Below are positions 37,201-48,558 of a DNA stretch of 64,000 bases, one piece after another. A program made the translations under genes and the position numbers. The notes under the pieces are model-generated. The model had not been told where the DNA came from. It did not search any database and saw only the letters and a list, made by a program, of their open reading frames with translations. This DNA is from Penicillus capitatus (taxonomy: Eukaryota; Plantae; Chlorophyta), in the NCBI GenBank assembly GCA_965649825.1, contig OZ287694.1:1-64000 (forward strand), read 5' to 3'. Positions within the stretch are counted from its first letter, which is position 1. Every line of letters starts with the position of its first letter.

Positions 37201-37600
37201 GGATCATGATGGCAATGGCACATTCCCTTATCTGAGCAACGGAATCGGAGAAACAAACGAGCAGCTGAAAAGAGAGACGTCTGTCAGAGAGAACCTAGAC
37301 AACAGTTGTGAGAGACGACGAGCAGAGAGATGACTGTCAACCTTCGGTACCATATCTCTGCCATCCACACCTTCCAATTCTGTCTTCAGTCGCATCAGCT
37401 ATTGTACAGAGCATGAGCGTTTTTGCAGTGCTCAAAGGAGAGACATACTGCATGGCGTCTGATCTCCCCTTTTTCGTGGAATAACGCAGATTCGGCCACA
37501 TCCTCTGTCTTCCATCTCTGTCCCTGCATCTCACACTGGAGACAATCACAAGATCGGACAGATATGTCACCGTTGACTCTGTTTGATCTTCCTCCACCAT
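34288..37600 (-). CDS. DNAAF5: HEAT-repeat dynein axonemal assembly factor 5 (HEATR2)-like; multi-exon, 3' end approximate
   Basis: Segments NASHQHSRVRIASL, HDRVASVRR...GNW and WRAGKSAACIR match HEATR2/DNAAF5 as recalled. Spliced N-terminus MVEEDQ...LFHEKGEIRRHA|LMRLK. Confidence 0.75.
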
Positions 37601-37893
37601 ATCCCGCTCCAAAACACTCTTTTCTCTGCCGTGATGGCAGCCATGGGCAATGCCGGTCATTGCCTCCTCATCTGTTGACTTTGTCAATGCGCATGAAGAG
37701 GAGGCATTCCTCTTGCTCTCGATGCTCCTGCTGGCCTTTATCTTTGACCGCTTTGGCTGGACTTTCGTTTTCAGGGAAGACCATATTGCATCAACAGATG
37801 TGACAGCATCCATCATACAGTACAATGTCAAACAAGGGATAGGATGATGGTCTCAATGCCATTCATCATGCATTGTTCCGTCAATCAATTCCA

Positions 37894-38660
37894 TCAATTC
37901 ATCATCTCCTCAGCCACCGACAAAACCTTCTCGATCTCTGACATGTGCTCGATAACGAGGTCGGCATGGGGCACCAGCAACGACCGTGGTAATGAGTTGG
38001 TAATGCCCACCGTAATAGCTCCAGCTGACTTGCCTGCCTTTAGTCCGTTAATAGAGTCTTCGATGATGACACACTTTGAAGGACAGTCTTTGCATCCGAC
38101 TCTTGAAAACGCCTCCAGATAGACATCTGGAGCGGGTTTGCCCTTATTCACCTCAGAAGCGCTCACAACCAATCGAGGATCAAACAAATGGATGAGTCCA
38201 GATCCTTCGAGATTGCGTTGGATCTTTGTCGGATGGCCAGATGACGCCACGCCGTAAGGAATCCGATGCCGTTTCAGTTTCTCGATCAATGAGATTACGC
38301 CATCAAATGCTGGAATACCATTTTCCAGTGTCAACTCATGGTAGTGCTGTTCTTTGGATACAATTGCCTTCTCGCTGATCGCATCCATGTCCTGCCAATC
38401 CCTACACAACCCACGTAAAGATCGGCTGCAGAAAAAAGACCACATAAGGTCACACAGTGCATATTTCTCCTTGAAATGCTCGAGGCAAGAACGGACATCC
38501 ATTCCGAACACCTCGTAGTAATCTTGGGGAAACTGACGCGGAATCTCAAATCCAGTCACATCCCGGATGCAACGGTAGAGACTCTCGCAGGAAGAGACCT
38601 CTGTGTTCACCAAAACGCCGTCGCAATCGAACACAACATAGTCAAAGGCAATTGCCTGTC
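37894..38660 (-). CDS. HAD-superfamily hydrolase (CbbY/beta-PGM-like), probably the C-terminal part of a DUSP12 fusion
   Basis: Motif I FDCDGVLVNTE, motif II VASS, motif III GKPAPDVYL, motif IV EDSINGLKAG. One in-frame 54-nt intron. Confidence 0.92.
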
Positions 38661-38698
38661 CTGGAAAGCGCCTTTCATCAAGAAACCTTCTCTCAGAG

Positions 38699-39948
38699 TC
38701 ACGTACCGTTGCACAGTCCCTCATGGGAAAGAAGCTTCGGCTGACGCAATGTCGCCTCCACACTGGACAGAGAAGATCGTATGTCCAATTTGCTCAAATG
38801 TAGCTGAAAACCAGGCGAATACCACAATCCTCCACTGCTAATGCCTGCACATGGACTCACGACTGTCCCTGACTAAGTGAGACGCAGAGAATTCGACCTG
38901 CCCAGTTGAATGAACCCAGTTTTTCGTTGCAAGACGGACAGTAGAGCTTTCCAGAGACTTTGCCACTGCTCGTCCGCGGTTCCATCCACTCCAGCTGCTC
39001 GACGAATACGGAACCAGATTCTTGAAGAATATCGACGTTCATTAGATTATGCACAGATGTCGAATCTCCGAGGAAAGCATGACACTTCCGACACTCGAAA
39101 GTGAAATCTGGAGGAGGGGCCTACACAGCATCGAGGCAGGTCAGCAGTGCCGCTTCGAGATACATAGCAACACGTACTCTCTTCTTGACGACCTGCTCCT
39201 CCATCTGTGCCTCTTTGGGCACCTCGTAGCCAATTGGATAGGATCTCTTGATCTCAACATAGCTCAGATGATCATCCACCAATACATGACCTCTCTCGTC
39301 ACGGAAGGCCTTCTGTGCCTGCTGATAATCACACGACGACTGGTGAAACACTTGCAGCTGATGAAGAAAACCTGAAAGGAAGGAACACCAATCGATCGTC
39401 ACACAATATCTACACCGTAAGGGTCGACAGTGCACCTACCTGTGTTTGGACATGCATTGGGGTACTTCTCCGAGAGTTGTCTCAGTACCTTGTCCGCATC
39501 CAGCCGCGTTCTCTTCATCAGATAGGAAACAACCACCTAAGAAGATGCAGCGTGTTGCGAAGGATGGACTGTCTTTCTGGATATGGTTGCACCGTGACGC
39601 TCCTCGACATTCCGGCAAAGCAATGGACCAGGACTCTGCTTTGCGGCGTTCGCCGTCCTTCGTCGATGAATGCATGTGCCCTTTCGAAAATCTCGAGCAA
39701 ATTCGATTCTTCCACATCGGCTATCTTGATGTGAAGGTGATGCACATTGTCGAGCTGTCTGTGGAAAGGGAAATTATAGACAGACTACAACGCCATTCGA
39801 CGAAGCCCATTGTCAGCAAAGAATCGAGACGCTTTACCAGCACATGTGTGACAGAGAGCTTCTCAATGTGATTGAGGGCTGATACGGACCCCAGGAGTAA
39901 GCCTGAACCATGCGCGTTATTCTTCCCTTCTGCAAAGACAGCATCCAC
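38699..39948 (-). CDS. Dual-specificity phosphatase DUSP12/YVH1-like with C-terminal zinc-binding domain (multi-exon; start approximate)
   Basis: Catalytic VLVHCFAGMSRS; C-terminal GKLYCPSCNEKLGSFNWAG|ISSGGLWYSPGFQLHLSKLD. Confidence 0.88.
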
Positions 39949-40171
39949 GCTTGACCTGGATCGACTTCAGCACAGCCGTGTCGCCTCAAGCTTGCTTCCA
40001 CTGGAGTGGCCATTCAGTAATGTCGACGTCTGTAGATGGTGCTCGAGGAACGGATAATGAAAAAGCCATTTGAGAAGACACCGTCGTGTCGTCGACGGTT
40101 ACTTCGAGCGACAGCACCTAATGGCGATTAGGAGATAGATCGTCATCCGCCTGGGGCGTGAAGTGAGAACG

Positions 40172-41430
40172 ATGTTGCGGAGTTGCCTTCGTAGTCTTCA
40201 TGTTCTGCGGTGCGTTTGGCCGACGCCCGCGATGATGTGACAGCAGGCGTCAGTGAAGGTGTGCGAAGATCACGGCACCCAGACGGATTCTTGGCGCACA
40301 TTTACCACAAGGCCGCCTTCTGCCTGTCAAAACGTCTCGCTCTGGATTTCGGCATTCGGCATTCGTTTGCGCAGCAAAGAAGACGCGTCAGGCAAAGGAA
40401 GCTTCAACGGTCGACGACGACCCCGAGGAAAAAGCTGAACCGTGGGAAGATGTGGATCGGATCATGTTGCTTCTGTTATTGGTGGAGAGTTACGCAAGAG
40501 AGATGGAAGAGTGAGAGGCGTCCGTGCACAACTATACCGTAGAATGGATCATGGAGTGTAGACCCTTGATGGAAGGCAGTGAACTCGTCAACATTGCACG
40601 CGACATTTTTCAAGCACCCTTCTGTCTGTTGGCACACGATTATACGGGAGAGGGAGAGTCTGCTTCGAAATATACCTACGCAAACAGAGCAGCGTTGGAT
40701 GTAATGGGAGGCGAATGGAGTGACATTGTTGGCCAACCCTCATCTCTCTTCGACAAAGACACGTTGGACAGAGCACGGGAGGAGGGTATGAAACACATCT
40801 TTGCGTTGCTAAAGAAAGCCATCTGTGAAAAAGGGATTTCGTAGGGCATCTTCCAGGATTGTCTGCCAAAGTGTGTACTTCTGATGGATCGCAGATCGAG
40901 TTGCAGGAGGTCGATATCGTCAACATCACCTCTCCATCGGGTATGGCGACAAAGGCATAGGTTTCGTTTCAAATATACGAGAGGGCTGTTCTGGATGGCA
41001 GAGGAGCTGGTTGGGCAGCTCATTCTGTTTGACAAGTGGCTGTTGGAAGATGGTACCGAAGCTGGCCCAGGTCTCTATAGTTCTGACGTTATTTCTATGT
41101 TTCTTCACCGTAATTAGGATACGTTCCGGACAGTCGAGTTCCATCGGAAGAACAAATGGAGGCAGCACAGGAGAGAGTGGACACTCTTGCCGCCCGCGTC
41201 CGAGATTTGAAAGAGAATCAGGAATTGAAGAATGACGTGAGTGCATTGCTTCTTTACAGATCTCGTTAAAATGAGAGACGGTTGGTTGGTTGTCCCATCA
41301 GAGCCCCATTGTGAAGGAAGCCGTTGTCGAACTCCTGCAGGCGAAGGAAGCATTGACCGAGCTGCAGGACCTCATCCACCGAGCAGCCGAACAGCAGAAA
41401 GTGAATAACGAAGATGTAGACGTGGAGTAA
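40172..41430 (+). CDS. MEKHLA-domain protein with C-terminal WHEP-like helical hairpin (multi-exon)
   Basis: IFQAPFCLLAHD...YTYANRAALDVMGGEWSDIVGQPS (MEKHLA/PAS-like). Spliced C-terminus VDTLAARVRDLKENQELKND|SPIVKEAVVELLQAKEAL. Confidence 0.8.
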
Positions 41431-41562
41431 TAATACCTCGAGACAGTGCGTTTGATTGTAACGGGGACTCGAGTGCTGATGATCACTCACAGAATCCGAG
41501 TGCCAAAGCAGATGCCCTTGCGCGTTTTGAGCAATATAGGATAGATAGGAAGAGATAATGTT

Positions 41563-41634
41563 CGCCGCTGCCGGGAATCGAACCCGGGTCACCTGCGTGA
41601 CAGGCAGGTATACTAACCGCTATACTACAGCGAC
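41563..41634 (-). tRNA. tRNA-Asp(GTC)
   Basis: Reverse complement gtcgctgtagtatagcggttagtata-cctgc-ctGTCac-gcagg-tgacccgggttcgattcccggcagcggcg folds as a cloverleaf. Confidence 0.97.
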
Positions 41635-41819
41635 ATCTAAAGCATCCACCGAAGCAGATGCGTTCAGAAGAGCGGACAGTCACTATGTCAACGCGTCGCC
41701 GAAGTCCGTCCGCCGGATGATGTGACGTGGCGGGAGATGACACGGTCTTCGCTCCATCGTCGACATCACGCAAGCACGCTCCAAATAAGCATCCCCATAG
41801 CGGCAGCCAAAAACGATCA

Positions 41820-41890
41820 TGCGTCGTCCGGGAGTCGAACCCGGGCCGATCGCTTGGAAGGCGATAATCCTACCGTTGGACCAACGACGC
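41820..41890 (-). tRNA. tRNA-Gly(TCC)
   Basis: gcgtcgttggtccaacggtaggatt-atcgc-ctTCCaa-gcgat-cggcccgggttcgactcccggacgacgca, with T5 downstream. Confidence 0.97.
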
Positions 41891-42077
41891 TGCTGTTGGC
41901 TCTGGAGACTGGGTCCTTCGACTCGCCTCACCACTGAATTCATCTCGCCTCCACCATCATCAAATTCAGCAGCGTTGTCGAGGACAACCATTCGCGTCTG
42001 TTTCTTTTTTCTTTGGCAATCTGGTCGGTCTTTCGTTTCAGTTTTCAATCCGGGCTGACGACAAACAATCCTGCACT

Positions 42078-43390
42078 ATGGCGACCCGCGTGTCTCAGAA
42101 TCCTATTGTTTGTCCTGGGCACTCGAGACCCATCGTCGAGTTGAACTTCAGGCACACGATACACACATGCCGTCTATACACAGGCACTAACGCTCTTGGC
42201 TTTTTAGCCCTCCCACTCCAGATGGCCTGTTTTTGGTCAGCGCGAGCAAGGATGGCTATCCGATGTTCAGAAACGGCACGACCGGTGATTGGATAGGGAC
42301 TTTTGACGGGCACAAGGTATAGGGGATAGGTCGACGATCCTGTTTCGCATGCCTTGTTGTCTAGGGCGCTGTATGGTCTGCTTCCTTGGACAGCCACGCC
42401 CTCTATGCGGCAACCGGGTCCGCAGATTTTACAGCGCGCGTGTGGGATTCTGTCACCGGCGACGAAAGGCTCCAGTTCCAGCACAATCATATTGTTAGAA
42501 CAGTCAGATTCTCGAACAATAGACAGATATTAGCCACAGGGGGTGCGTTCCCCATCCCCACCGTCATCTATCCGTACACCGTCGTCTGGTGTAGGCATGG
42601 AGAAATTCATTCGTTTGTATGACGTGGGCGATTATGACAAGCCTCCGATCGAATATCCCATTCTGTCGAGTGGAATACAGAAGCTGTTGTGGACATCAAA
42701 TGACACTATTCTTCTCTGTACATGTTTGGACACCAAAGGCATTTTGTATGAGATCTGCCATTCCCTGTCCTCCCTTGACCCCGGGCATGCATGACTGTCT
42801 AGTGTTTGGGATACGAGAACCAAAGAGGTCGTGAAGACATTGGAGACACCCGATTCCGTTACGTCTCTTGAGGTCCGTCCGTGATTGGATGAAGGCGGTT
42901 ATGAGATTTTTGTGTGATGTGACGTGACGTGACAGTGTTCTTGGGATGGATCGACTTTGACAAGTGCCGACAGCACGACTGTCCGTTTTTGGGATCCAAC
43001 GAGTTTAGAACTCGTGAAATCCATCGATGTTGGAATCAAGATCCTCTCAACCAGCTACAGCTCAAAGTGCAACAAGTTTGTCGTTGGTGGTGAGGACATG
43101 TCCGTTCGACTGTTTGACTATGAAACAGGTCGGCCACAGATTTACCGATGGCCATATCCCTGACAGGGCTCTGTGTGCATCTAGGCTCCGAGCTTGAAAA
43201 GAATAGCAAGCATCATGGACCTGTGCACACCATCCAGTTTGAATCTGAAGGAAAGACGTATGCTTCTGGTTCGGAAGATGGCACCATCCGTCTGTGGGAG
43301 ACAGTTCCAGAGAATACAAGACCCATGCTGCAGATGCCACCGGATCATAGCGCTGGTACCCAAGAAGTGGCTGTCAGCCAGACTGGCTAA
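42078..43390 (+). CDS. STRAP: WD40 protein STRAP/UNRIP (serine-threonine kinase receptor-associated protein); multi-exon
   Basis: [17 protein letters not shown]|[43 protein letters not shown]...[13 protein letters not shown]. First intron is GC-AG (42152-42207). Confidence 0.92.
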
Positions 43391-43587
43391 CGTAAGAAGC
43401 CAAATGGCTCTTCTCTATGGGCAATGACGATCCGAAGATAAAAAGCAGACATCAATATCTCGGACTCAATCTATATGTTGAACGGGAAAAGTGTAAAGCC
43501 CTGCGATACTGTTGCCTGAAATGCACACGTGCGAAGGCCTGCCTGTATAGAGGACAGACAGACAGATCAAAAGTGGGTGAAGAGAGA

Positions 43588-43660
43588 TGGACCTCCGGGG
43601 CATCGATCCCCGTACCTCTCGCATGCTAAGCGAGCGCTCTACCATTTGAGCTAGAGGCCC
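43588..43660 (-). tRNA. tRNA-Ala(AGC)
   Basis: gggcctctagctcaaatggtagagcgctcgcttAGCatgcgagaggtacggggatcgatgccccggaggtcca, with the G3:U70 Ala determinant and T4 downstream. Confidence 0.97.
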
Positions 43661-44099
43661 AGACACTTTTACAACGCCATGCGACGCATGACATCACAAC
43701 CAGCGAGGCGACGGCGAAGACGATACCCATCATCCCTGCTCGACAGATGCGTGCCTGATACGGCTATATATAAGCCATACATAAGCGATGCCCAGTGACT
43801 TTACACGTGTATGTCTGTGCGCGTGCGTGCGTTCAGATGGATAGACATCCGTGTTAGTGGCAATGAGATGCCCTCCATGGTGTTGGATTTAACATAGATC
43901 GAACCAGACAGACAGAAGAGGGTGGTGGTATGTGAACAACAACATTCGCACATCTTGTACAATGAAATTACTTTCATCAGACAGCCACGTGTAACACAAG
44001 ATTCAAATTGAAATCACAAAAGAGACAAAAGAAAGAAATTCCGTAATGAAGTAGTCTCACCGACTACATAGGTTAGGTCAATCTTTCTGCTCAGGTATT

Positions 44100-46296
44100 T
44101 GTACCACTCATCCATAGAGTGACGTCAAAGATCTTATCAAGATACCCTTCATGGCAGTGTTCCAACAAAAACGAGCTAAGTAAGATGTCATAACTGTGCT
44201 GCTACTCCTCTTGTCCCTTTCATTGAGATAAGTGCAATACGTTCGTCATGAGTGGTCGTCCACATTGATGGAATACTGAACTAACTGATTGACGCTGTCT
44301 AATCTCAGTTAGGAGTTCGCCAATCATGAGGGACGAACCAGTCAAGAACGTCCCATCAAACTTAATCCTCCTCAACATCATCGTCGTCGTCCATGTGACA
44401 TTCAAAAGAATGGTGACCCTTGTGAATGCCAACAACAACACCCTAGGTTTATTCACGGGCAAGCTATACTACGAAACTTATTACAGGAGAAACGATCGGC
44501 GAGTGAACACAACTACTAGAAACTCCCTGTCCGTCTTCTTGATTTCGGGAGAGTGTCATGATGTGACAGGGAGTTTGCTGGCCGGTGAATGCACTTACGG
44601 GATGATGCCAGCTTTATTGGGTTCCATGCAGATCGAGCTGAAGAAGAGGTGATGCGATGATGACGGATGAGCTTCATCATCGGTTTAGGATTCTTCTCCA
44701 GCGCCACCAACAGAGGACTCGGTCTATACTTCTCACACCTTGTCTTTCGAAAGAGAACTTTCAAGACGTCCAGAACAACACGCAGTCCTATATAATCCGC
44801 AAAATCCAGGAGTCCGACCATTGACCCAGTGCCCAGCTTCCTTCCAGCATCCGGGTTTGTTGCCTCAATTTTCCAGTCTGGCTTTTCAGTCAAGTCAAGT
44901 GTCTCTAGATCGACATTTACAAGAGGTACTAGGCGCTCCTGAGCCGTTCTGGCCATTTCTTGGAAGGCCTGGTTGATGAGCTGCATGACCACACGGCTGT
45001 ACATGAAATCTGATCTCCTCAGCAAGACATTCATTGTACTGGCAATGAATGTCGTGAAGATTGTTCGATGGAAATCTGACTCTTCTAGTGGCATCCATTC
45101 CGAAGCAATATTCATGAGCGTCTCCACCTTGGGTAGTCGCAGAAGAAAAGAGCCTTCTTCACTCATGTGATGTTGACTTCGCCGATCACTCAGTTGCTTG
45201 CTCATGACTTCGAACAATGGAAAGATCAGATACTGACCCAACATTCTATCCCACAACGCGTTTGCCAGTTCTATTTGCACCTCCTTAGAACCTGTCACAT
45301 CAAAAGAGTGAGAGATGAGAGAAGAAGAGTGAGATGAGGACCTATTGTGTAAATGTCGTTCATGTAGCAAATCACATCCTCAATATCAGCAGACACATGG
45401 CTCATTTGAGTCAATGTGTTTTTATCTGGGTCATGAAGTTTTTGTAGTCGCTTCAGGTCGTCGACTGCGCCACCACCACCACCACACACAAACGTCACAT
45501 CATTATGTGTGACCAGACAGCAATACAGGCATGTGTTCTCACTTTTTTTGTGCAGGTCATCGACTTGAGATCTGAAGAAGTCTCGGTTGACATCGCTGAC
45601 GAGAAACGCATTTACCGTATCATTCTTTAATCCCATGATCGTCAGAGTCAGTGTCCGAGCAGCTGATCTGACCATACGCTCTGAACTGTTCACAAATTTT
45701 GCTGCTTCTGAAAACAGTGGCATAGACAAGACGTCCTTCTTCTGCGATACTCTTCTCGTGAAGCTGGTGACATTACTCTCATTCATTTTGAACGAGATGC
45801 TCCTCACGAATGACACATAGTATCCAAGAACTTCCTCATCTTCAAAATCGAACTCTGTGCTGATAGTGTGACGCGTGGCCTCATGGTTCAGCAGATACAT
45901 CAAGGAGGACTTCTCTCGGATGTTTTGTACGAGCATGGCAAAGGTCTGCAGCAGTTGAACAGCGACGGGTCCTTGACGATTGGACTTCTTCTTTAAGAGA
46001 TGAGCTAGCCGCTGCAATCCGTCTTCTTGTCGGAAGACGGTAAAAATAGAAGTGTCATGTTGATCCCCCCATATAACCACCTCTGCAATTCGTCGTAAGC
46101 ACTCTACGAGCACTGCTACGCTGCTGCGCAACGTAGTCCATCGCGTCGACGACGACAGCGTCTTGAGCAAACGACGCAAGTCTCCTGCCGAATATCCTTG
46201 GGGTTGCACGCCGATAGTCGTTGTCTTTGAGCTCGTCTTCTTTGAGGCGGATGTAGCCAGCAACGACTGTTTCTTCGACGGCGTTAAGTACTTCAT
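44100..46296 (-). CDS. CLEC16A/TT9 (GFS9)-like FPL-domain protein; multi-exon, 3' end uncertain
   Basis: LVECLRRIAEVVIWGDQHD, VQLLQTFAMLVQNI, FDFEDEEVLGYYVSFVRSIS and ERMVRSAARTLTL are FPL-domain hallmarks. Confidence 0.85.
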
Positions 46297-46468
46297 TGTC
46301 TTGGTCACTTTGCGCTCAAAATCTGAGAAACTCGTTTCGGTTAGTATCCAAGCACCGAATTGTTATACACAAAGGAATGGGTCTGGGGTAAACAGCGGTG
46401 CTAAATTGAAATGAGCAACAACGTCAAATTCGAGGAACTTGTTGAAATTCACGGACCCGTCATCCGTC

Positions 46469-47671
46469 ATGCAGCCATCCACCGGCATTCGGTTGGCAAT
46501 GACCGCCCGAATTTGGACGAAGGTGCCGAACACGGTTGGCGTGATTGGGGCAGGACAGATGGGCTGCGGCATCGCAGAGCTCTTTGCGCAAAAAGGCGTC
46601 CCTGCCGTTTTACTAGACAGCAACGCCGAGAACCTCGCTGCAGGTCAACACCCACCACACAAACATACCCATGCCATCCTGCTCTTATAGGGCACAGAAG
46701 AATAGAAAAGTCGCTCGATCGAGCAAAGGATCTGTCGTTGGAGCAGAAAGAAGCCTGTCGACAGCGCATCTCCCTGACGACCGATTTGGCCAATCTGTCC
46801 ACAGTGGATCTCGTCGTCGAGTCTGTCTCCGAAAATGAAGAAGTCACTCTTCTCGGCAGTACCCAAGTCGAATAGAGATGATCCCTGCGGTGCGTCCAGC
46901 TCAAGAAAGAGGTGCTGAGAGCATGCGATGGACATGTGCACGAACACACACTCGTTGCCACGAATACGAGTTCGATATCCATCACACGTCTGTCGACGGT
47001 GCTTCGGCGTCCGCATCAGGTCCGTCTTTGAGTCCACGATGTCGATGGCAGTGTATGGGCAGATGTCGTAGTTCATTGGATTGCATTTCATGAATCCGGC
47101 ACCGAGAATGCGGCTCATCGAAATCGTTCGCGGTATGCAGACATCGCAGGAGAGCTACGAAAAAGCCAAAGGCATTGCGGAGGCTCTCGGCAAGGTCACA
47201 TGCACCTCCAACGACAGACCGGGCTTCATTGTGCCGTGCACTCTCTATGGCTCCGCCCTTCCAAGGGCGATTTCTGCTCTCAGGTGAACCGTGTGTTGAT
47301 GCCGATGATCAACGAGGCTTTCTATGCCTGGATGGAAGGCGTGGCCACGGCAGAACAGATCGATATCGGCATGCAATACGGTCGGCCGAAGTGACGATCC
47401 CTATCCGGACGACCTTGTATCGCCTGACAGGTACGAACCAGCCCATGGGTCCACTGGCACTCGCCGACTTCATCGGATTGGACATCTGTCTGTCCATTCT
47501 CTCCGTCATGCATCGCTCATTGGGAGAGGACAAGTACAGGTCAGACAGCGTCATTAATGTCATTGATAGCTTCATTCGACCTTCAGGCCATGTCCTCTGC
47601 TGCGTCAGTACGTTGACGCTGGGTGGTACGGACGCAAGACAGGCAGAGGTGTGTATCATTACACGGACTGA
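46469..47671 (+). CDS. 3-hydroxybutyryl/3-hydroxyacyl-CoA dehydrogenase (multi-exon)
   Basis: [27 protein letters not shown]|[26 protein letters not shown]; last exon [29 protein letters not shown] (TGA 47669-47671). Confidence 0.93.
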
Positions 47672-47693
47672 CGGACGCGTGTCCGGGTAACGA

Positions 47694-48558
47694 ATGGAGG
47701 CGCGTCTGTTGAGCATCGAGCGTCGACTGGATACACTCGATGCACGTTTTAACGCCCTGCAAGACAATGCACGTACAATTCCCAGTCGCCATGCCGCGTC
47801 TTCCACAAAAGTTCGCGTCGCGAGCCGCCAGTCGACAAAAAAGGATCATGACTTGCAGAGCGGTCTGCTGCCATCGGACGCGGATCCGTCGGCCATTGAG
47901 CTTCGACTGTTGGCCGAACTGAGTCACCGTGCCTTCAGCTTTGCTCGGTTCATCCGTGTACCCCATGACTACTACCACCGAAACCTCGAGCACCGTCGTC
48001 ACTGTCTGGGTGGGTCCACATCACCACTTAACCCATCCCTCGAAATCGGACCTCTGTCTCTTCAAGGGGCGGTCTCCTGCCATCAGCTGTGCAAGTCCAT
48101 GGTGATGGAGAACACCAAGTGGATCGAGCACCCTTCTGCTCCAGCCAACGCACCCTACGTCATGGTCATTCTTCAGGCAAGGCCACACCCATGTCTCCTT
48201 TTGCGGATGATGAGGTGGCTGAGTCACTGGATGTATGTAGTACGAAAAAGATCGCGTTCACGGGGAGAAGATGCGTGCGTTTGTGCACGGTCTCAACGAA
48301 CGGGCGATTGCGAGAAAGAACTTCAATTTTCGACTGGCCCCTGAAGATACCTCCTGTGCATTGACAGGATTCGAACACAACGCTGTGACGCCCATCGGTT
48401 CCAAGACACAAATGCCGATCATCATTTCCCACGAAATTGCCAATCTGGCAGAAGGCACCTTCTACATCGGCGCCGGCGAAGTGGATCTCAAGCTCGAACT
48501 GAAAACGACGGAATTCATCGAGAAGTACCGTGCGCATGTCGTGGACTGCACATACTAA
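47694..48558 (+). CDS. YbaK/aminoacyl-tRNA deacylase-associated domain protein (multi-exon)
   Basis: FIRVPHDYYHRNLEHRRHCLG, QLCKSMVMENT, VILQ|YEKDRV, TGFEHNAVTPIG, FYIGAGEVDLKL. GC-AG intron at 48177-48240. Confidence 0.8.
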
